In this document: positions 50,001 to 62,045 of the stretch, in pieces
Position numbering within the stretch: the stretch's first letter is position 1
Layout of the letters: the number at the start of each line of letters is the position of its first letter
Assembly (NCBI GenBank): GCA_023213395.1
Contig: CM041465.1
Location: forward strand, 245,527,741 to 245,591,740
From: Cycas panzhihuaensis
Taxonomy: Eukaryota > Plantae > Cycadophyta
Reading direction: 5' to 3'
Length of the DNA stretch: 64,000 nucleotides
Notes under the pieces: model-generated
Seen by the model: only the letters and a program-made list of their open reading frames with translations
Told to the model about the DNA's origin: nothing
The model's database searches: none
Program-made: the position numbers and the translations under genes

Positions 50001-52160
50001 TTTTGCACCATAGACTAACTGAAATGGAGTATGATTGGTAGTAGTTATGTAAGTTGTCATGAAGGCCCATGGAACTGAAATAATTGTTCTGGCCAATCAT
50101 CTCTATTAGCGTTGCACAATTTGGTTAACATTGTTACTATGATTATATTGCTTGATTTCGCTTGTCCATTGGCTCCTGGATAATGGGTTGTCGACTTATG
50201 ATGTGAGATCATGAATTCTTGTGTTAAACAATGAATTGTGTCATTTATAAAATGTGTTCCTTTGTCATTGACGATTTCTAATGGGCACCCAAATCTGGTA
50301 ATAATATTTTCATATAGGAATATGTCTGTGCTTCCTGTAGAATTACCTTGAAGTGCTTTTGCCTTGACCCACTTCGTGAGGCAGTTTGTTGCGACTAAGA
50401 TATATTTCACTTGTGTTATTCGTGCAACATGTTTGAAAGGTGCCACAAAATCTAATCCCTAACATTTAAAAACTCTTAGAGCTAAAGATATGGGTGTAAG
50501 GGCATGAAATCATGTTCCAAGGGTTGGCCCATTCTTTGACAAATATCACATTTAAAGACATACTCCTTTGTGTCCTTGAATAATTGTGGCCACCATAATC
50601 CTGATAATAAAATCTTTCTAGCCTTGGATTTGGGTCCATCATAGCTGTCATTAATACCTCTATGAGCTTCATTAGTTATTGTTGGCACTTCTTTCGACAT
50701 TACATATCGTCGTAATACATGATCTTTTTCTGGTTTGTATAGGAATCTACCTATTGGTTGATAAGGTGCTGCTTTTTTTCATGAGATATCTATGTTGTTG
50801 TGAAGGCATATGTACAGGGAATGATTCTATGCTTAAGTATCCTGTTATATCGTCATAACTTGGTAGAGTTGCTATCGCTTGGAATAATTTAGCATTGGGA
50901 AAATCATTATTAAATCCATGAGGTTCTTCTTCTATCTAAATTTTGGATAAGTGATCATTAGCTACATGCATGCGACCTAGTCGAACTACTACCTTAAAAT
51001 TAAATTATTGAATCAATAATAGCCTTCGGCTTAGCCTTCCTTAAATGATAGTTTTGTTGATCATGTATAAAAGGGCTTGATTGCTTGATTGTCAACAAAA
51101 AGTACAAAAGGATTTGCTAAGAGATAATGTTGAATTTTTTTGCACAGTATAAATCATTCCTAATGCTTCTCCTTCGGTTGTTGAGTAATTTTTTTCTACT
51201 CTATTCAATTGTTTATTGGCGAAGTAGATGGGTAAGTCGAGCTTTGTGACTACTCTCTTGGGCTAGTGTACATCCAATTACTATTTGTGATGCGTCTACG
51301 TGAATATGAAATTCTTTTGTCCAGTCTGGGTGAGCTAAAATTGGGGTTGTAATAAGTCTATTTTTGAGATCTTCAAACACTGTTTGTTGTTCATGCTCCC
51401 AAGTAAAACTTACCCCTTTCTGTAACAATTCTTTTAAGGGATGCGTGATGGTGAGCAAATCCCTTTATAAACCAATGGTAGTATTCTATGTGTCCAAGGA
51501 AGATTTGTACTCCTATAACATTTGGTGGTGGTGTCAGATTCATTATGACTTTGGTTTTATCTGGATCCGTTTTCAACCCACGAGCGCAGACAATATGTCC
51601 CAATAGCTTGCCATATGGAACTAAGAATTGGCATTTTTATAAATTTAGTGATAGTTTCGTTTTTCAACAAGTTTCTAAACATTCCGTCAATAGTGGAAGA
51701 TGGTCTTTAATGTTAGCATAAAAGGAACGATTGTTTAAGAATATTTTACTGATTTCGATGATAATTGATCAAATACGTGTATAGTGATTCACTGAAATTT
51801 AGCAGGAGCATTGCAAAGTCTAAAAGGCATCTAGTTCTATGCAAAAATTCCAATTTGTGTGATAAATGTGGTTTGTAATTTATCCTTTTCTATAATGCTT
51901 ATCTGGTTGTAGCCTGAAAAGCCGTCTAAGAATGAGTATACCTCATGTCTTACAACTTCTTCCAATATGGTGTTGGTAAAAAGAATGGGAAATGGGTGTT
52001 TACAAGTTACTGCGTTCAATTTTCGGGATTCAACACAAATGCGTAATTTTCTGTTTGGCTTGGGAACTACTACAATTGGTGAAACCTAGTCATTTGCTTC
52101 AACTTTAAATATAATTCCTGCATCTAACATTTTCCTAATTTCTGTATCTACTTTGTTAAA
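47014..52160 (-). mobile_element. 5'-truncated non-chromovirus (Athila-like) gypsy: RT-RH-IN, extra ORF, PPT, putative 3' LTR 47014-47419
   Basis: FLDGFSGYNQI (RT), FHIHVDAS (RH), GLWWPQLFKD..CDICQR and RFGCPLEIVNDKGTHF (IN), GPF motif, PPT aaaaagggggagag 47421-47434. LTR limits tentative because only one copy is present. Confidence 0.8.
47442..49260 (-). pseudogene. env-like/extra ORF remnant (~600 codons) between integrase and PPT
   Basis: Chain of same-strand ORF fragments 48981-49199, 48589-48870, 48178-48573 and 47442-47657, with an acidic patch and a predicted coiled-coil C terminus. Confidence 0.55.
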
Positions 52161-53826
52161 GTGGCATTTTCCCGACTAATGTAATTGTGGTGATAGTTTA
52201 TGTGAACTTGTGATCTAATATTTGTGATATTATTTGGGCTGACGGATGTAATCAAATATGTAAACATATGAGGCACTTATGGATCTATAAATAAAGATCT
52301 AAAGTCCATTTGTAAATCTTGATTCTGTATCAGTGTAATCCATGTTCAGTGGTGGGTTCTATCTGTCATGTTTTCCACATATATTCTCGTGTGTGCAAGT
52401 TCATTTTTTGCTTGTTGTGTACATAACGATTTGGTTGTTTAGCGTTTCTAACATGGTATGAGTTTGTGGTAGTACATAGCTGAAAGGACAGCTGCACAGT
52501 GCAGTGATTGTGTGCAGATCCCCCAGTGTTTCTGTTATTTGTTTTACATGCGCTCATTGATGCTTCCCCCCCCCCTCAAGTGAAATCTACCTAGTCCCCT
52601 TTGTTACACAACCCTTAGTTATATGACATTCAAATGTGACCTTGATTTTATTTTCAAAAGATTGATGTATACATAGTGTATATATGTTAGTTATTATATA
52701 TACATATCTATATTTAACAATGTTTATATATCTATGCTAAGCCCCCTCTATTGCTCAACCCCTGGTCATGTGTGCTCTCATGTGACTTTGTTCTTAGTTT
52801 TTGGGTGCTTAATTGTTGCATATATGCCATATTGAGGACATGAACTTTAAAAGGCTATATCTTTGTCATTTGGTGGCTATTTCTAGCAATTTTTTTTCTC
52901 CTAATTTTGGTTAGTTTTTTGATATCTACACATTTGTAGCTTCAATTTTATATTATCAGTCACATATTTCGTAAATATTTTATTTTGTTCTCATCATGGT
53001 TGCTTTTTCCAAGTTACCTGTCCTTGTCAGAGTTAACTCTGTAGATTGAGAGGTTAATATCTCAATTTTGTTAATGAAGTAAAAGCTATGGAGCTATATT
53101 TTAGGGGAATTCAAGGAACTAACTGATCTAGATGTTAAACAAACATATTTTATGAATTGTGATGGCACTCTTAGTACTATTCCTTTTACTCTCTCTCTCT
53201 CTCTCGTGATATTAGACGATAATTTTTAATAAAGATTCTCCTGATGTTGTGTGGAAAGAGTTAAAAAATATGTATAGATGCCAATCAAGTGGCTCATTTA
53301 TAGTATAAATTGTAAATTGTATGTTTTGAAAGAGTTTTTTTAGAGTAGAAGAATTTTTGTGTTACTTGCAAGTTGTGGATATAGACTTGATTGCTTGTGG
53401 ATCATAATATGGGAAAGATGACGATGCTATTGTTCGTCTAGCACTCTTTATAGAACTATTAAACAAGAAGTTGGACACCTTAAAATCAATTTTGATCTGC
53501 TTATTGGTCAACTTGCATGAATATCAAAACATATTTATTCAGAATGTGAAATCAAAATTCTTTTTCAAGCACTTAATTCTAAAACACTTAGGCTTCAAGG
53601 AGAAAGAAATCAACCTCTTTAAATTATGGTGTTAATTTGGATGAATCAATTATTACTAATAATGGTGTTGAGCTTTTTATTATAAGTGTAGAAATTGTTG
53701 CACTCAAAAGTGGATCTATTGAGAACATATATGTGCATCAAGTTTAAAATCTTATCTTCTGTTTGTTTAGTAGCTATGTTAGAAAAACTATAAGGTTGGG
53801 TTTATAAATAATTTGATAGTGATCTA

Positions 53827-53930
53827 TTGCACTATGTATATGTTAAATATATCAAATTATCAATTAACTAAACAACTCTGTATTATTAGTTAATTGATAA
53901 TTTGATATATTTAACATATACTTAGTGCAA
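53827..53930. repeat. 45-bp-stem hairpin (1 mismatch, 14-nt loop)
   Basis: ttgcactatgtatatgttaaatatatcaaattatcaattaactaa / ttagttaattgataatttgatatatttaacatatacttagtgcaa. Confidence 0.9.
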
Positions 53931-54837
53931 CGTACTTTATGCAGTTGGTATATGCTCTTGACTTATGCAGAATCTTCAAGGATTTCATTGGATCGTTAAT
54001 AAGAAAATTCTTCAATATGTTTAGGGTATTACTCACTATGGTTTTCATTATGAACAATTTGATAGTGATCTTGAATTCAACGACTATTCGGATATTGGGT
54101 AGGTGATATTGATAAAATAAAGTATATAATAGGTTATATTTTTTCGTTTAGTTCTGGTCTTATTATATAGTCTAGCTAGAAGATGCAATCTCTTCCTTTT
54201 TCTACTATTGAGACTGAATATCGTGCATTGGCTGAGGCAAGTAAAGAAGTTTTGTGGATAGATCTTGACTTATTGAAATTGATTTTCCGTTATAAAATTC
54301 TATTATGTTGCATGCTGATATTTAAATAGCTATTTCAATTGCTATTAATTTTGTACATCACTCAAAGATTAAGCATATTAAACTACATTTGCATTTTATA
54401 TGTGATTTGGTTGGTGATGGTACTATTCAATTGGTATATTGTCCTTCAAAATAATAGGTTGCAGATATTTTCACCAAGTCACTCAACGATGTCAAGTTTA
54501 ACAAGTTTCGACAAACTATTGAGATCATCGAAGTTATCATCAAAGGGGAATCAAAATAATGATGCCTTTTTTGCACTCCTCCTCAAATTAGTATTGAGGA
54601 TGGATGTTACAAAACATTAGACAAGTAGTTTTGGCTTGTGTTGAGATGTGATAATTTGTGAAAATACTGGAGATTGCTTTATTTAAAGATGTCCACGTAT
54701 AACACTGACATAATGATATATTTATATATTATTTTGAATTAATTCATGGATTTGGTATTCATATTTTTCTCCGAACGTTTTTCTTCACATAAATTTGCCT
54801 TATTTTATTTGCCTATATGTATCTACTAGTCCTAACA
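53880..54837 (+). mobile_element. Very old copia 3' remnant (RT C terminus, RNase H, putative LTR 54606-54837)
   Basis: LIYLTYT..YAVG, STIETEYRAL, ADIFTKS, then tgttac...ctaaca. Confidence 0.6.
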
Positions 54838-56439
54838 GTTTAAAAACTAACACAAACAAATTGAAAAAACACATGTTTTATGTAATTTCTTTTTTTTTTC
54901 AGTGAAAAATTATGAGAAACAGATTCATCATTAATTTTAAATAATATTCGATATATCATTATATCAATTCCATGGGGGAGCACCTATAAATAGGGCAATC
55001 ACTAAGGTTTTCTTTTGACATAAGTCAAAATTACACCACATTTTCTAATACCCCCCATTAATACCGTCTTAGGGAGGAGCACAAGGAAGACATCATTTTA
55101 ATCCATCCTCGATGATGACGTGGGTCATCCTAAAGATTTATCTAAGCTTGTTGAGTAGCTTAATGAAGATATTTACAATTTGTTGTTGTGATGGATAATA
55201 TACGAACTAAATAGTACCATCACCAAGTAAATCATAGATGAAATGCAAATGTAGCTCAATATTTTTACTTCTTGAATAATGTATAGGATTAGTGATAACA
55301 AAAACAACAATTTGATTATGAACATACAATTTGATAAAATTTTACAAAAGAAAACTATATTTATTAAGTAAAAAATTGATCCACAAAATTTTTTCACTCA
55401 CCTCAACCAATGTACAATATTCAATTTTAGTAATAGAGAGAACAAGAGATTGCATTTTCTTACCATACCATACAATAGAAATAGAACTAAGAGAAAAAAT
55501 ATAACCTGTTGTAGACTTTCTTTTATCAATATCACCTTCCCAATTATAATTTGAATAGCTAATTAATTGAAGATTAGCATCAAAGTGTTCATAGTGAAGA
55601 GTATGATCGATAGTATTTTGAAAATACAATAGAAACTTTTTAGTAGCATTCCAATGAGTTTCAAGAGTTACTGCATAAATTGAGAATGTATATAGATTGT
55701 ATAAGAGATGTCAAGTCGAGTATGTGTCAAATATATCAAACTACCAATTAATTGATATAAAGTGGTATTAGTTAAAAGCAAATAGCAAGTAATGTTGAAT
55801 TTCACACATGTTTGGAAATGAGTGGAGATAAGATTGCAATAATCCATTATGAATTTCTTGAACAAATCCATAGTGTACTTAGGTTGTGAAATTGAAATAC
55901 CATTATTGTGGAAAAAGGGCATTAGGCCACATTAGTCCCAAGATCATAAGTACAAGCACAATACTACAAATGCATGAAAGCATGAACCATAAAGCACACA
56001 AAGAGAAATAGGAGCAAGAGAAAATGATACCCAATATGTGGAGTTGGAATTGGTCCAACCTCCCAAGAAGAAACAGTTTGATTAGCAAACTGATAGCATA
56101 ACAATGCAACTCCAACTCTTGTGTGAGACAATGAGGAGAGGTCTCATTATATAGAGTGAAATGAGAGACCTAAGGCCTTGGATGTTTGACAAGTGTCAAA
56201 CATCCAAGATACATGCCTTGCATGTTGGACATGTGTCCTTTTGGGCTCTCATGTGAGCAAAAGTGCATGAGGGTCCATTTGACCCTTTAGTGACAACGTT
56301 GTGTCACTAGAAAGAATGTGCGTGTGCACTTTATCACTTAAGTGATAAGTCACCCCTAAAGTAAAAAGTGCATATATTACATGAAAATAAAGTACATTAA
56401 CTTAACATTTAAACATAAGGTTTAACACCCCCTCATCGT

Positions 56440-59400
56440 TTACAATGTTAAGTCGGACACCAAGACCATTTCAATTTTACAAACTTTTCTCTACCAAGAG
56501 GTTTGGTAAAGATGTCTCATCCGCTTCCTCCTCAGAGGTCAGACTCGAGGTTGATCTCACCATTCGAACATGTTCTCGATGAAGTGATGGTGAACCTCGA
56601 TGTGTTTTGTCCGTGCATGAAAGATCGGATTCTTAGTTAACTTGAGCACACTTTGATTGTCGCAATGTATCCCGGTGGGTGACCCCGCCAAGTCCAAGTT
56701 CCCCAAGAATCCGTCGTGGCGGATAGCCTCACAAGCCGCACCGATTGCGCCTTTGTACTGCCGGTGGAGGACAAGGTAACATTGGGTTGCTTCTTGCAAC
56801 TCCACGAAACAATCACGAACCAAGGGAAAACAGATCCCGAGGTTGATCTCCGCTATCTTGGCATCCCGCCCAATCGTAATCGAAAACCCTCCAAAGTGAA
56901 GCTCTCCTTATGTACATACTCAAGTCCCAAATGCAATGTTCCTTTGATATACTTGAGTATGCTTTGCTTACAATGCTTCTGATTGGGTTGAGACATGAAG
57001 CGAGACCAAATCCCAACTGCAAATGAAATGTCTGGACGAGTGTTGGTGAGATATATCAAGCTACCAATCAACTGTCGATAGAGAGTGGAATCTGTTGGTT
57101 CAGCTTCCTCATTAAGAGAAAGCTTGGTGCCGTTCTCCATGGGTGTAGGCGCCGTCTTGCGATCGTGCATCCCGAATCTCGCAAGATGTCCCAAGAATAT
57201 TTTGCTTGGGAAATGAAGATATAGCCCAGTCACGCCATACCTCAAAGCCTAGAAAATAATGGAGAAGTCCAAGATCAGTCATCTCAAAACTTCTCTTCAA
57301 ATCATCCTGGAGAACACTGATGAGCTTAGTGTCGTCACCCGTGATCACTAAGTCATCTACATACAAGGCAATATAAATGACATGGTGATGTTCATGTTTG
57401 ATGTACAAGTTTGGATCAGATGTGGATCGATGAAACCCATGTCTCAAAAAGTATTCATCGATTTTTGCGTACCATGCCCTAGGAGCTTGCTTTAAGCCAT
57501 ACAAAGCCTTCTTGAGGCGACATACTAAATTATCCTTGCCTTGTTCCTTGTAACCAGGAGGTTGCTCCAAGTATACCTCCTCTTGAAGATCGCCGTTGAG
57601 GAAGGCGCTCTTCACGTCCATCTGATATACGGCCCATTTGCATTGTGCAGCTAAGGCCAAGAGAAGTCTGATGGTGTTCATGTTTGCTACAGGTGCAAAG
57701 GTCTCATCGTAATCAATTCCTTCCTTTTGTTTGAACCCCTTTGCTACAAGTCTTGCTTTTTGTCGCTTGAGTGTCCCATCAGAATGGAATTTGGTCTTGT
57801 AGACCCATTTACAACTAATTGCCTGCTTGTGTGGAGGCAATTCGACCAAGTCCCAAGTACCATTCTTGTGAATGGATTGAATCTCCTCATCCATGGCGCC
57901 TTCCAACTATCACTTTGTGAAGCCTCCCGAAAAGGTAGTAGGCTCATCAATAGAAAGCACTTCACCATAAGTGCAAAGTTTGTTTGTCACGATACTTTGA
58001 TGGACGTTTCCTTCAATGATATGACCATCCTGCACTGCTTTGAGTGTACCACTTCGGTAACTTCTGTAATGATGTGGCATGAACCTCAATATCTTCTGGT
58101 CTAAGTGTAGGAGCAAAGAAGATGAAGTGGAAGGTTCAAGTGGAGCAAATGAAGATGAAGTAGATGGTGCAGAAGGTGCAGATGAAGAACATGGTGTGTA
58201 AGATTGAGGGGAAGGGAAGTCCTCAACAATCTTTTTCCCTTTGTCAATGGGGGTTGGATTGTTGCCATATCCAACTCTTTTGATCATCCTCAACAAAGAT
58301 TACATCTCTTGAGAGATGCATTTTTCTCCCAACTGGATCATACAACTTGTAAGCTTTGCTATGGATTGCATATCCTACAAAGATGCATTTAAGGCTATGT
58401 TTGTCCAACTTTGTTCTTTGTTGATCCGGTATGTGCATATACGCGATACATTCGAATGTCCTCAAATGGTCGATAGTTGGCTTCTTTCCGCACCATGCCT
58501 CCTCGGTGTGATATTGGTGACCGTTGTAGGACTTGATTGGCCACATAGGCATTGTATGAAATGCTTCGGCCCAGTAAGCTCTTGGAAGCCCTTTTGCATG
58601 CATCATCGTTTTGGCTTTATTAGCCAAAGTTCTATTCATCCTCTCAGAGACTCCATTTTGCTGAGGAGTATGAGGAGCTGTGAGTTGTCTCCGAATTCCA
58701 TTATCCTTGCAAAATTGGTTGAATTCATTTGAAGTGAATTCACCTCCATTATCGACCTTAATGTGCCAATTGAGTAGCGATTCATTTTCTACTTCCACCT
58801 TGAACTCTTTGAACTTGGAGAAGGCTTCTGATTTTTGCTTTAGGAAGTAGACCCAGACTTTGTGAGAGAAGCCATCAATAAAAGATATGTAGTACACTGC
58901 TCCTCCAAAGGAGTGGGTGGACATGGGTCCACACAAGTCTGAGTGAACTAATTGCAAAGGATAAGATGCACGCCATGCTTTGCCTTTAGGAAAAGGCAGC
59001 CGATGTTGTGTCCCCATTATGCAAGCTTCACAAAGACATTTTGAATCATACATCTTTGGAAGCCCATACACCATGCTTTTGTTTATCATCTGCTTCAGAT
59101 TGTCTAGGCTTAAATGTCCTAGACGTTGATGCCATAATTGAATTTTTGACAAAGATGTGGAACCAGAGTAAGCAGAATCAAGAGTAATATTATTGGCATC
59201 CAACTTGTAAAGACCTTGATCCTCGTGAGGCTACTGACTACGATCTGATCATCTTTGTCACAAATGATACATTTCCCATTTTTAAATAGTGCGCTCATGT
59301 GTTGTTTGTTCAACTGGCTAACAGATAGCAGATTCTTCTCCATAGAAGGAATGAAGTAGGCATCACTATTGGGAAATGATGAGGAAGGATTTTGAGGAGA

Positions 59401-60570
59401 ATGAAAAGGAGCTATGGTGCCTATTCAAAATCTCAATCGATTCAGAATTTCCAAAGGTCACTGATTGACCTTTACCTTCCTTGATGTTGCATAGGAGTTC
59501 TTCACTACCTGTCATATGTCGAGAAGCTCCTGAATCGACAATCCAAGTGTTGTCAATGTTGCATGATTGGTATGCACAAAGTAGTTTGTCTTCATTGGCA
59601 AATTGATTAGAATGGCGTTGGTAGCCACCTCTTTGACCCCCCCCTCCTCTTGGACCTCCTCGATAGGCACCTCGATTTGGTCGAGGATACCGATCCGATC
59701 ATTGTTGGAACCTTTGTTGAAACCGATGTCGTGGGCTGCCGTTGTCTTTGACCACAATCGCTGCCGCCGCCGCCGTCTGCGAAGATCCGCTTGCTTCTTT
59801 CTGCACTCAGGTGCAATGTGGCCGTTTGCAATAATGGCATACGACATTGGACTTGGAAGATCCAATGTTCATATTTCCAAACCGCTTTGTGAATGCGCTT
59901 TTGGATTTTGAGTTGTCTTTGCCCTTGCTGTGAAAGCACCTGTTGTAGATGGTTCTTCATTATCTTTAGCATAAATTTGTTCTTCTTGAAGCAATAAGCT
60001 TTCAAGTTGATTGAATGTCATCCCCCTTAGTGAACCATCTCGTGTAGTTGATGATATGAAGCCGTTGTAGTCCTTTGGTAATGCTTTTGTGATGGAGGCT
60101 ATGATTTCATCTCTTGTGGCTGAACTACCTAAAGTAGTTAATTCATTACAAACCTCCTTAATGGAGGACACGAATGCCGACATCGGCTTTACAAATTTGA
60201 TGGAGTACAATTTTGCTTTTATCATCAAAATGCGAGCTTCATCTCGCCTTTCATACAAAGAGGACAATGTGTCCCATGCTTCTTTAGAAGATTGTGCAGA
60301 AGAAATATTTTGGTCTACATTTATGTCCACAACCATACGAATGAATGCCAAAGCAATTTCGTCTTTGGCCTCCCATGCAGCAACAAGTTGAACATCCGCC
60401 AAGGTGTGTTGATTATTATTAACCACAAGTGTAGGATTGGGATTCTTCCGAAACATATCCCCGTAACTCATTCATTATCAAGAGATTCTTTGTGATTCTT
60501 TTCCATTCTTGATAATTTGATTGCCTGCTAGCCTTATGGTACATGCATTAAGCATATGTATGGCAACCAT
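56440..60570 (-). pseudogene. gag-pol: copia gag-pol, frameshifted (possibly partly by sequencing error)
   Basis: ORFs 59869-60471 (gag), 58244-59203 (IN), 57112-57906 (RT, LYVDD) and 56557-56823 (RH), highly similar to 31862-36053. Confidence 0.9.
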
Positions 60571-61789
60571 CTTTCCACTTGATTAACACTTAAAGCTAGT
60601 AGATAACTTGGAGACTTCAAAGCTTCACGCTTAAGACCGACCTCAAACAACACCACAGTCCGATCTTACAAGAAGATCCAACAACCGGTGGGGTGAAGAG
60701 AGGTGGAGGACTCTGGCTATTGAGTTGGACCAAGTTAAATCTAGGACAAGGCGGTAGGGTTGATCCGCATGGACGCACCATGCTTTCCCAGGATTCATGA
60801 CCCCAATAACACCCTTTTCGAACCTCCTTTCCCTCAAGCAACCTTAATTGTCGTTAATTGGTATGCAGTCGGTTGGTCCCCTAGGGAATGCACAAAGCTT
60901 AAGGTTAATTTAGAGGCAAGGTTTGAACCTTTTTCGAGCCTCTCCAACAGATTTTAAATTCACTTTTAAACAAGTCTAAGTGAATCTTCTTACTTTGATT
61001 TTTTTTTTTTTATGCCTTTTTGGCTTACAAAGAATGAGCACAAAACAGATTTCAAGTGCTTTATGATCCAAGTGAGGTGCTATGTATGCTTGAGTACAAT
61101 GATAAAGTACTTTGAGTACTTAAAAGAAAATGATGTAAGGAACCTTTGATGGCAGAAGAGGGTTCCTTTTAACCTTCAAAATCTGATGAAGTGATGAAGC
61201 CACAAGAAAAGTGTACTCAAGAAATGCTCCAAAGTCAACACAAACTCCATCATTGTTGTTGAGACTTAAAATGTCTCAACAATCCAACAAGAAAATTGTG
61301 ATTTTATTAAGTTTCACAATGAGCCTTCCCTTTCTCGAACTTAAGAAGGCCAAGGTCACCATGCAAGGTGCCAAAACCGTTAGGTGATAATTTTCTTCAC
61401 CTTTACAATGTAGATATGCCTTTTGATTACATTAATTAAGCTCAATGATGCTTTAATAGCATGAAAGTGTGCTAAAAGAGCTTAAAACAGTAAGTACAAA
61501 AGTACTTTTGAGAATCAAGACTGCCAATGTTTGTAAAAAAATTTTAAGTAGGCCCAGCTATAAAGACTTAAAGTCTTTTAAAATTCCCCCCCCTTGAGAA
61601 ATAAAAAAAAAAAATCTCTTAAAACCTTTTTAAAAAAATGATTCATATGAGCATATTGTTCAAAATATGCTAAGAAGAGATTGATTTTTAATGCTGAATC
61701 GAGGCCGTAACGACCGGCAATCGGCAGATCGTCTGTGACTGTCTGGCAAATCGATGAAGTCTGGAAAAGCATGAAGGTCTTGTGAGACT

Positions 61790-62045
61790 AACAGTGGTAG
61801 CAGTGATGAAGAGCTGACAGTGATGAAGAGCTGTGACTCAGCAGTTGAGTTGGCAGTATTCGAGTGGACAGTTAGCTGAGCTGGCAATATTGCTGAGCTG
61901 GCAATGAGAGGACAGTTCAATGCTGAGTTGGCTGGCAGCTAGACAGTTGAATGCTGAGTTGGCAGGAATGTGTGTTGAATGCTTAGCTGGCAGTGAGACT
62001 GGACTGTGCTGACTCAGCTGACAGTGTGCTAATGAGCTGGGCAGC
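61790..62045. repeat. Degenerate minisatellite (gctgagytggca units) in the copia leader
   Basis: Repeated gctgagttggc/gctgagctggc and cagtgatgaagagctg x2. Confidence 0.7.

Noticed and set aside
52160-53800. Possible host gene or further TE
   Set aside because: AT-rich and stop-ridden, with only faint gag-like traces. Nothing supportable.
59607-59865. Poly-Arg/Gly ORFs suggesting an RGG protein
   Set aside because: Frameshifted gag. The sister element has CAG (Gln) repeats at this position.
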